This document shows positions 1 through 7,875 of a DNA stretch of 64,000 nt, piece by piece. The stretch's first letter is position 1, and the number at the start of each line of letters is the position of its first letter. A program made the translations under genes and the position numbers. Under the pieces are notes generated by a model. The model was not told the origin of the DNA. It saw only the letters and a list, made by a program, of their open reading frames with translations, and ran no database searches. This stretch comes from an uncultured Desulfobacteraceae bacterium (GTDB lineage Bacteria; Desulfobacterota; Desulfobacteria; Desulfobacterales; JALSRD01), in assembly GCA_964476595.1 (NCBI GenBank), contig CAYZCL010000108.1, positions 214-64,213 of the forward strand. Reading direction: 5' to 3'.

Positions 1-84
1 CGTTTTGTCCCCATGTGACAAAGAGGTGTGGGAAAGGGATCCTGAAAAGAAAATCGACCCGAAACAAGAGGAGGCCTTCTTCAT

Positions 85-543
85 ATGTACAGACTCGTTG
101 CGACCCTCATCATCCTGCTGACGCTGGCCCCGCCGGCGGCGGCTGAAATCTACACCTGGAAAGACGCAAACGGCGTGCGGCACTACTCCAACGTGGCGGC
201 GCGTGGCCGCGCCCTGCCCGAAATCCCCTTCGACGCCGAGGCCCACGAGAAACGCGTGGCGGCCGAAGCCGCCCTGCGCGAGGTGGAAATGAAGGCCGAG
301 GCCCTGGCGGCCGAGCGCGCGGCCCTGCTGCGGGCCCTGCAGCCACCGCCGGCCCCGGTGACGGTGGTGCGCAACACCGTGGTGGTGCGCACGGAGGTCA
401 CCCGCCCCTACCCGGCCTACAACCGCTACCGCAGCGCTTTCCGGCACCCGGTGTTTTACCGGCCGCACTACCGCCCGCGGCCGCGCCCGGCGAAACACGT
501 TCCGTACTACAAGCGACACCTGGTGGTTCCGAAGATCCGGTAA
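85..543 (+). CDS. Secreted DUF4124-like protein with Arg/Tyr/Pro-rich C-terminal tail
   Basis: Signal peptide, then IYTWKDANGVRHYSN (DUF4124-type WxDxxGxxHYS); SD GAGGAGG upstream. Confidence 0.7.
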   Translation: MYRLVATLIILLTLAPPAAAEIYTWKDANGVRHYSNVAARGRALPEIPFDAEAHEKRVAAEAALREVEMKAEALAAERAALLRALQPPPAPVTVVRNTVVVRTEVTRPYPAYNRYRSAFRHPVFYRPHYRPRPRPAKHVPYYKRHLVVPKIR

Positions 544-636
544 AGCGGAGCGAAAGTCGGCGGGATTCGCACCGGCCGCCCCGGCAAGCGGTCTGCCTCC
601 GGGGGAAAGCCGCCGGAGGGTTGCCGAAAACGACAA

Positions 637-676
637 AAGGGATTACATTCGCTTATCGATGTAATCCCTTGTTTTT
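637..676. terminator. Probable bidirectional intrinsic terminator between CDS 85-543 and tRNA-Leu
   Basis: 12-bp inverted repeat AAGGGATTACAT (637-648) / ATGTAATCCCTT (659-670) flanked by A and T runs. Confidence 0.7.
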
Positions 677-679
677 ATT

Positions 680-768
680 TGGTGCCTGGGGCGGGAATCG
701 AACCCGCACACCGCTCAGCGATAAGGGATTTTAAGTCCCTTGCGTCTACCAGGTTCCGCCACCCAGGC
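680..768 (-). tRNA. tRNA-Leu(TAA)
   Basis: Reverse complement GCCTGGG...CCCAGGCACCA; anticodon loop CTTAAAA; long variable arm; GGTTCGATTCC T-loop; CCA encoded. Confidence 0.97.
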
Positions 769-795
769 AGGAAAAACCGTCTGTCGTTACAGGCT

Positions 796-824
796 GAAAT
801 ACTGCAACAGTGTTGAAATTGCAA
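796..824 (-). promoter_or_regulatory. sigma-70-type promoter of tRNA-Leu
   Basis: TTGCAA-N17-TATTTC on minus strand. Confidence 0.6.
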
Positions 825-996
825 GCGGTAAAGCCGGGAGGCCCAGGCACATACCGGTAACGTTAGGTAACGTTTTACGTGGTCCGAAACGGCGCCCGTA
901 GCGGTGCCGGGCGCCGTTTCCAGGGAACCGGCCGTGCATCGGTTTTTGCCGTAATTCCGGCGGGTAACCATTTCGCAAGCCTTTTGCCGCGCAAAC

Positions 997-1012
997 TGGC
1001 ACGCCTTTTGAT
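997..1012 (+). promoter_or_regulatory. sigma-54 (-24/-12) promoter of the Cys-rich microprotein
   Basis: TGGCACG-CCTT-TTGA: perfect -24, GG-N10-GA variant at -12; tandem GGTAACGTT repeats at 856-874 as candidate enhancer. Confidence 0.6.
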
Positions 1013-1088
1013 TATCCTTTCAGGCAGGAGAAGGATCCGGATCCACCGGGTCGAGCGCCTGCGTCTGCACGGGGAAAGGAGAACGGAC

Positions 1089-1346
1089 ATGGATCACCTG
1101 GACAGGAAACTGACACGCCGGCCTTGCGGCCACCCCTACACCTCTTCGGGGGAGTTCGTGGGCGACCTGTGCCCCGAGTGCGGCTGCACCTACTACAAGT
1201 GCTCCAACTGCGGCTTCCTGCTGACGGCCGAGCGGCCGCCGGAAGCCTGCCCGGAGTGCGGCGAAAAGTGCATGTTCATCGACGTCACCTGCTACACCCC
1301 GGACTGCGGCGGGCCGGGGCGGGTGGACCCCCGCCTGCTGGACTGA
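1089..1346 (+). CDS. 85-aa rubredoxin-like / zinc-ribbon protein with 11 Cys
   Basis: CGH..CPECGC, CSNC..CPEC, C-terminal [13 protein letters not shown]; SD GAAAGGAG upstream of ATG 1089. Confidence 0.75.
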   Translation: MDHLDRKLTRRPCGHPYTSSGEFVGDLCPECGCTYYKCSNCGFLLTAERPPEACPECGEKCMFIDVTCYTPDCGGPGRVDPRLLD

Positions 1347-1389
1347 CCGCTTCGCTGCGCCGCCCGGGCCCGTAACGGGACCAAAGCCC

Positions 1390-1418
1390 TTGAAGGCCGC
1401 CGCCGGCCCGGCTATAAC
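1390..1418 (+). promoter_or_regulatory. sigma-70-type promoter of the S8 protease
   Basis: TTGAAG-N17-TATAAC. Confidence 0.6.
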
Positions 1419-1459
1419 CGTGTGCGGAATACGGGGACTGTCACGGGAGGTGCGGCGAA

Positions 1460-2881
1460 ATGTCCGGCGGTGCGAAAACAAGATGGCGGGTGCTGGCATT
1501 AATGGGGGTAATGTGCGCCGTTTCGGCTGTGCCGGGCCGCTGCCTGGACCTGTCCGTCAGCGGCGGGCGCCTCACACTGCACGCCCGCAACACGCCGCTA
1601 CAGGACATCCTGCGCGCCTTCTCCCGCCTGGGGATCGCAGTGCAGGCCGACCCCGGGATCAACCCGCCGGTCAGCGCCTCTTTTGAAGACGCCGACATCC
1701 GCCGCGCCCTCAACACCATCATTCACCCCTACAGCTCCGTCCTGATATGGAAATCGGTGCCCGGGCCGCTGGGTCCCCTGACCGCGCTGGCCGGCATCCG
1801 CATCTTCGAGCCCGGCGGCGAGGGCCGCCTGCGCCTCCTGCCGTCCGGCGAAAAGTCGAAGGTGATACGCGACCCGCGCAGCGGCATGCTGTACGTAGCC
1901 GACGAACTGCTGGTGCAGGCGGGCCCCGGCGTCTCGCCGGAAGCCTTTCGTCGGCTGCTGGCACAGGTGCGCGGCACCCTGGTGGACGCCAACGCCGCCC
2001 TGGGCATCTACCGCGTGCGGGTGCCGTCCGGCAGCAACATCCTCTCGCTGGTCAGGGGCGTCAACGGGGGCCGGTCCGGCATGCGGGCCGAGCCCAACAC
2101 GGCCTGGCCGCTGGTGCCGTCCTACCGCTTTGCGGGCGACACGGCCGCGGCCGCACCGCCGCTTCCCGAAAACAGCACCGCCGCAGGCCGCGCGCCGGTG
2201 GCCGTCCTGGACAGCGGACTGCTGCCCGGCATGGGGGTCGACCCCTACGTGGTGGCCGCGCTGGACTCGGTGGACCCGGCGGACCCCATCTCGGACCCGC
2301 TGGGCCACGGCACCCAGATGGCCATGATCGCGGCGGGGCTGGTGTCGCCCTACGGCGCCCCCGCCGGCGCCGGCGAGCGGGCCGCGGCCGTGATTCCCGT
2401 GCGCATCTTCGACGAGCGCGGCCTCACCTCCAACTTCACCCTCATGCAGAGCCTGGACTTCGCCCTGGAGCGGGGGGCGCGCGTCATCAGCCTGAGCTGG
2501 GGCACGGAGACGCCCAGCGACTTCCTGGAACAGGCCGTGTCGCGGGCCGCCGGGGCCGGGGCCGTCGTGGTGGCCGCGGCCGGCAACCGGCCCACGGGCC
2601 GGCCGGTGTACCCGGCGGCTTTCGACACGGTCATCGGCGTGGGCGCGCTGGCGCCCGACGGCAGGCCCTGGGAGAAAACCAACCGCGGCGACTTCGTCAG
2701 CCTCTACGCCCCGGGCTTCGCCTCCTTCCCGGTGGGCTACAAGGGCGACCCCGGCGGTTACGCCGGCACCTCCATCTCCACGGCCTACGTGGCGCGGCGC
2801 ATCTCCGACTACCTGGCGGCGCACCCCACGGCCACGCGGGAAAAGATTTACCGCCACCTGGGCATCCGGCCCCCGAAGTAA
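1460..2881 (+). CDS. Secreted S8 (subtilase) serine peptidase with N-terminal STN/secretin-N0-like domain and prodomain
   Basis: Triad VAVLDSG / HGTQMA / GTSIST, oxyanion AAAGN; signal peptide; LTLHARNTPLQDIL..ADPGINPPVSASFEDADIRRAL resembles STN/N0. Confidence 0.85.
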   Translation: MSGGAKTRWRVLALMGVMCAVSAVPGRCLDLSVSGGRLTLHARNTPLQDILRAFSRLGIAVQADPGINPPVSASFEDADIRRALNTIIHPYSSVLIWKSVPGPLGPLTALAGIRIFEPGGEGRLRLLPSGEKSKVIRDPRSGMLYVADELLVQAGPGVSPEAFRRLLAQVRGTLVDANAALGIYRVRVPSGSNILSLVRGVNGGRSGMRAEPNTAWPLVPSYRFAGDTAAAAPPLPENSTAAGRAPVAVLDSGLLPGMGVDPYVVAALDSVDPADPISDPLGHGTQMAMIAAGLVSPYGAPAGAGERAAAVIPVRIFDERGLTSNFTLMQSLDFALERGARVISLSWGTETPSDFLEQAVSRAAGAGAVVVAAAGNRPTGRPVYPAAFDTVIGVGALAPDGRPWEKTNRGDFVSLYAPGFASFPVGYKGDPGGYAGTSISTAYVARRISDYLAAHPTATREKIYRHLGIRPPK

Positions 2882-2913
2882 AACCAACGGGGCCGTGTGC
2901 CGGTCGCGGTTTT

Positions 2914-3321
2914 TCAGATGCTGAACCCGGTCAGCCAGAAATCGTGCAGATTGCAGAAACTGGTGGCATACAGCCTGCCTCCGGCACCGGCGGGCAGCTC
3001 GAAGGTGGAGATCGGCTTGTCGGTGGGGTAGAAGGTCTTTGCCCCCAGCACCTTGCCGTCGGCGGACACCAGGGTGTGGCGCACGATGTAGTGCTTCTCG
3101 GACATGCCGTGTTTGGTCTCGATGGTCACCTTCTTGCCGTCGACGGTCACCACGGGGGCGTGGGATCCGACCTTGGTGGACCACTTTCCGGGGTCCTTGG
3201 CGGTGTAGACGATGCCCGGGGGCAGTCCGGCGGCCGAGGCCAGCGCGCGGCCGGAGCGGCTCAAGACCAGGCCGGCGGCGGCCAGCAGGGTTCCCTTCAG
3301 GAAGGTTCTGCGGTTTTTCAT
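2914..3321 (-). CDS. Tat-exported superoxide reductase-like (neelaredoxin-type Fe site only) protein
   Basis: NRRTFLK twin-arginine signal; SHAP, HGMSEKHYI and CNLH ligands; no N-terminal Fe(Cys)4 domain. Confidence 0.8.
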   Translation of the reverse strand: MKNRRTFLKGTLLAAAGLVLSRSGRALASAAGLPPGIVYTAKDPGKWSTKVGSHAPVVTVDGKKVTIETKHGMSEKHYIVRHTLVSADGKVLGAKTFYPTDKPISTFELPAGAGGRLYATSFCNLHDFWLTGFSI

Positions 3322-3353
3322 GGGGTTTTCCTCCTCCCGGTTTCTGGTTTCGG

Positions 3354-4001
3354 TCACGACAGGCGAAACACGTGCATCACGCCGTGGCAGCGGCAGGCGG
3401 TGGCCAGGGCCACGGTCCCCGGGGCGGAGCGCACCTGCGCCAGGGCCGCGAACAGGTCCCCGGGCCGGTAACCGCCCACGCCGGGCAGCAACTGGCGGCT
3501 GCGCACCACCACCGGCCGGACCCCGCCGACCCGCAGCGCAGCGATGTCCTTGTAGAGCGTGCCCGGGCGCGGCCGTCCGGTAACCGTGCAGTGGTCGGCG
3601 GGCTCGGGACAGTCGTCCGGACAGGTGAAATCGGCGTAGCTCAGGTAGAGCGCCCCGTCGGGCCCCTCGAAGGGGTGGGGCAGCGCTCGGCGCAGCTCAC
3701 CGGGCACGGGCGTCACCGCCGGGCGGTACGTGTCCCCCAGCCGGCGGCGGATCCAGGCGAAGGCCAGGTGCAGCGGCAGGCAGGGCACGATCCAGTCCGC
3801 ACGCTCCGGCCCGTCCAGCCGCGCGTCCAAGAAATCGACCCCGTCGGCGCAGACGGTCTGCGCGCCGGGAGTGTCGACGGCTTCCAGGGCGCCGGCGGCG
3901 ATGTCCACCACCCGGAAACGGTCCGCGGGCCGGCGGCGGTGAAGCCGCCCGAGGGCCATGCGGCCGAACCGGCCGGCGCCGATGATCCAGTATTCGGTCA
4001 T
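3354..4001 (-). CDS. Uncharacterised Rossmann-fold protein with Cys-rich C-terminal half
   Basis: IIGAGRFG dinucleotide-binding motif; CPDDCPEPADHC and TACRCHG. Confidence 0.65.
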   Translation of the reverse strand: MTEYWIIGAGRFGRMALGRLHRRRPADRFRVVDIAAGALEAVDTPGAQTVCADGVDFLDARLDGPERADWIVPCLPLHLAFAWIRRRLGDTYRPAVTPVPGELRRALPHPFEGPDGALYLSYADFTCPDDCPEPADHCTVTGRPRPGTLYKDIAALRVGGVRPVVVRSRQLLPGVGGYRPGDLFAALAQVRSAPGTVALATACRCHGVMHVFRLS

Positions 4002-4110
4002 GTGGCAAGCTGTTTTCGGCGGATCGAAAATCGGCCGCGAGGGGGTCCGCGTCCCGGCGGACCGCGGCGGCGGCCCCGTTCCTGCGTAAGGTAAGGCCCG
4101 CAGGCCGCGC

Positions 4111-4139
4111 TTGTCAAACAAAAACCCTTCTGGTATCTA
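4111..4139 (+). promoter_or_regulatory. sigma-70-type promoter of maf operon (possibly leaderless)
   Basis: TTGTCA-N17-TATCTA, 6 nt before ATG 4146. Confidence 0.55.
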
Positions 4140-4145
4140 GGCGCC

Positions 4146-4753
<608 letters not shown>

Positions 4754-4757
<4 letters not shown>

Positions 4758-5437
4758 AAGAACGACTGCAAGCCGTCCTGGATCGCATCCGGCGGGCCTG
4801 CGAGCGCTGCGGGCGCGACCCGCAGGACGTGCGCCTGGTGGCGGTCAGCAAGACCATGCCCGCCGAGCGCGTGCGCCGCGCCGTGGAGGCCGGGGTGCGA
4901 ATCCTGGGTGAAAACTACGTGCAGGAGGCACGCGACAAGTACGCCCAGCTGGCCGACCTTTCCGTCAGCTGGCACTTCATCGGCCACCTGCAAACCAACA
5001 AGGCCAAGTACGTGGTGCGCATGTTCGACCTGGTGCACTCGCTCGACAGCCTCAAGCTGGCCCGCGAGCTGGACCGCCGGGCCGCGCACCGCGGGCGCGT
5101 GCTGCCTGTGCTGATCCAGGTCAACATCAGCCGCGAGGAGAGCAAGTCGGGCATCGACGCCGGGCAGATCGAGCCCCTGGTGCGCGAGGTCGCCGCCCTC
5201 GAGCACCTCGAGCTGCAGGGGCTCATGACCATGCCGCCTTTCTTCGACCAGCCCGAGCGGGCGCGGCCGTATTTCCGGAAGCTCGCCGAGCTGGCGCGCC
5301 ACATCGAATCGCTGAACATCCCGCGCGTGTCCATGAGGGAGCTTTCGATGGGCATGAGCGGCGACTTCGAGGTGGCCATCGAGGAGGGCGCCACCTTGGT
5401 GCGCGTGGGCACGGCCATCTTCGGGGCGCGCCGGTGA
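4754..5437 (+). CDS. yggS: PLP homeostasis protein YggS/PLPBP
   Basis: LVAVSKT, GENYVQE, WHFIGHLQTNK, LSMGMSGDFEVAIEEGATLVRVGTAIFG; GTG start overlaps maf stop. Confidence 0.95.
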
Positions 5438-5967
5438 AGCTGCTGCTGCACATGTGCTGCGGCCCCTGCGCCGTCTACCCGGTGGAGCGCCTGCGCGGCG
5501 AGGGCGTGGAGGTGATGGGCTTTTTCTACCGCCACAACATCCACCCCTACACTGAGTGCCTGCGCCGCCAGGAGACCCTGGAGAAGTGGGCCGGCGACAT
5601 CGGCCTGCGGGTGATCGTCCAGAAGGGCTACGACCTGGAGGGGTTCCTGCGGCGCGTAGTCTTCCGCGAGGCCGACCGCTGCACCACCTGCTACTACGAC
5701 CGGCTGCGGTCCACGGCCCTGCTGGCCCGGCGGGGCAGGTTCGACGCCTTCAGCTCCACCCTTCTCTACAGCAAGTTCCAGAAGCACGGCCACATCCGCG
5801 AGATCGGCGAGGCCCTGGGCAGGCAGATCGGCGTGCCCTTCCACTACGTCGACTTCCGCGCGGGCTGGAAGGAAGGCATCGCCCGGTCGAAGGAACTGGG
5901 CATGTACCGCCAGTCCTACTGCGGGTGCATCTACAGCGAAAAGGAACGTTATTACAAGCCGTCCTGA
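5434..5967 (+). CDS. queH: Epoxyqueuosine reductase QueH (DUF208)
   Basis: LLHMCCGPC, NIHPYTE, RCTTCY, YRQSYCGCIYS. Confidence 0.9.
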   Translation: MKLLLHMCCGPCAVYPVERLRGEGVEVMGFFYRHNIHPYTECLRRQETLEKWAGDIGLRVIVQKGYDLEGFLRRVVFREADRCTTCYYDRLRSTALLARRGRFDAFSSTLLYSKFQKHGHIREIGEALGRQIGVPFHYVDFRAGWKEGIARSKELGMYRQSYCGCIYSEKERYYKPS

Positions 5968-6015
5968 AGCCCCCCGGCGGACCGTCCCGAGACCCCAACC
6001 CCGGAGCCCTGACCC

Positions 6016-7875
6016 GTGTTCGGCAACTTTTTCTACCTCATCATCGCCCTGCTGATCTACGTCACCTACCCGCCGTCGGACCGGCCCGGCCTGCCGGCCG
6101 GCGAGGCGCTGTTCTTTGCCGCCGCGCTGTTCGCCTTTTTCGCCTGGTTCACGCGCGCGCAGTTCCGCCGCATCGAGGTGCGCCTGGCCGAGGACCCCTA
6201 CGCGCGCCTGGACCACGTCTTCAACGCGCGCCTGACCCGGCAGTTCATCATGGCCATCGGCCTTTTCGCGGTGGATGTCTACGGCCTCAGCCTGCCGTCG
6301 TACATCACGGGCGTGGGGGTGCTGGAGCGCTTTCCGACCCTGGCGGCGCTGCTGTTCATCGGCCTGTTCCTGGCCTACCTGTCGGTGGTCTGGGCCCTGG
6401 CCTGGCCCTCCTACCGCGTGCTCTTCGACAGCTCGCTGACCCGCCGCGGCTACGTGCTGTCCAACATCTCCTTCAACGTGCCCATCCTGCTGCCCTGGTT
6501 CGCGCTGTCGGTGGTGGCCGACATCATCGATTCGCTGCCCTTCGAGCTGCCGCGCCGGCTGCTGGCCACCACCGGGGGCCAGGTGGTCTATTTCCTGGTG
6601 TTCCTGCTGGCCGTGGCCGTGCTGGGCCCCGTGCTGATCCAGAAGTTCTGGCGCTGCAAGCCGCTGGAGCCGGGCTACTTTCGCTCGCGCATCGAGGCCC
6701 TGTGCCGCCGGGCGGGCATGCGCTACAGCGACATCCTCTATTGGCCCATCTTCGGCGGGCGCATGATCACCGCAGGCGTTATGGGGTTGGTGGACCGCTT
6801 CCGCTACCTGCTGGTCACGCGCAGCCTGCTGCAGTTCCTGAACCCCGAGGAAATCGACGCCGTCATCGCCCACGAGATCGGCCACGTCAAGAAGCGCCAC
6901 CTGCAGTTCTACCTGCTGTTTTTCGCCGGCTACCTGCTGTTGTCCTTCGCCACCACCGACGCCATCATCTACTCGCTGATCTACGCCCGGCCGGTGCACA
7001 CTTTGATCAAGTTCGCCGGCATCGGCCGCACCACGGCCTTCTCGGTGGCCTTCAGCCTGGTGACCATCGCCCTGTTCCTGCTCTACTTCCGGTACATCTT
7101 CGGTTTTTTCATGCGCAACTTCGAGCGCCAGGCCGACACCTACGTCTTCTCGCTGTTCGACAGCGCCCTGCCGCTGATCACCACGCTCCACAAGATCGCC
7201 GTCACCAGCGGGCAGCCCGCCGACCGTCCCAACTGGCACCACTTCAGCATCGCCCAGCGCATCGCCTTCCTGCGGCGCTGCGAGAGCGACCGCGGCTGGA
7301 TCCAGCGCCACGACCGCAAGCTCAAGAAGAGCCTGGCGGTTTTCCTGGGCGCCATGAGCGTGGTGGCCGTCTTCGGCTGGCAGCTCAACTTCGGGGAGGC
7401 CGGGCGGCGCCTGAATCGCCACTTTTTCGAAAAGGCGCTGCTGCACGAGCTGCAGGCCGACCCCCACAACCCGGGTCTCTACAAGGTGCTGGGGGATCTG
7501 TACTACGGGGAGGAGAAATTCGAAAAGGCCATGAAGGCTTACGGGCGGGGGTTGACGCTGGCGCCGGACGACCCCGAACTGCTCAACAACCTGGCCTGGC
7601 TGCTGGCCACCTGCAGGGATGAAAAGCTGCGCGACCCGCGCGCGGCGCTGGAGCTGGCGCGGCGGGCGGCGGCCATCGACCCCGCCCCCCACATCCTCGA
7701 CACCCTGGCCGAGAGCTACTACCTCAACGGCATGTACGAGGAGGCGGTGGCCGCGGCCCGGGCGGCGCTGGCCGCCAGCAGCCGCAACCGCGAGTACTAC
7801 CGCAGGCAGCTGGAACGCTTCCGGCGGGCGGCCACCGGCAAGAGCGCCGCGCTCGGCGGCGCCGCGCTCACTTGA
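6016..7875 (+). CDS. Membrane M48 family zinc metalloprotease with C-terminal TPRs
   Basis: Multiple TM helices; AHEIGH; FERQAD; HFSIAQR; TPR-like NNLAWLLA / DTLAESYY. Confidence 0.85.
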   Translation: MFGNFFYLIIALLIYVTYPPSDRPGLPAGEALFFAAALFAFFAWFTRAQFRRIEVRLAEDPYARLDHVFNARLTRQFIMAIGLFAVDVYGLSLPSYITGVGVLERFPTLAALLFIGLFLAYLSVVWALAWPSYRVLFDSSLTRRGYVLSNISFNVPILLPWFALSVVADIIDSLPFELPRRLLATTGGQVVYFLVFLLAVAVLGPVLIQKFWRCKPLEPGYFRSRIEALCRRAGMRYSDILYWPIFGGRMITAGVMGLVDRFRYLLVTRSLLQFLNPEEIDAVIAHEIGHVKKRHLQFYLLFFAGYLLLSFATTDAIIYSLIYARPVHTLIKFAGIGRTTAFSVAFSLVTIALFLLYFRYIFGFFMRNFERQADTYVFSLFDSALPLITTLHKIAVTSGQPADRPNWHHFSIAQRIAFLRRCESDRGWIQRHDRKLKKSLAVFLGAMSVVAVFGWQLNFGEAGRRLNRHFFEKALLHELQADPHNPGLYKVLGDLYYGEEKFEKAMKAYGRGLTLAPDDPELLNNLAWLLATCRDEKLRDPRAALELARRAAAIDPAPHILDTLAESYYLNGMYEEAVAAARAALAASSRNREYYRRQLERFRRAATGKSAALGGAALT

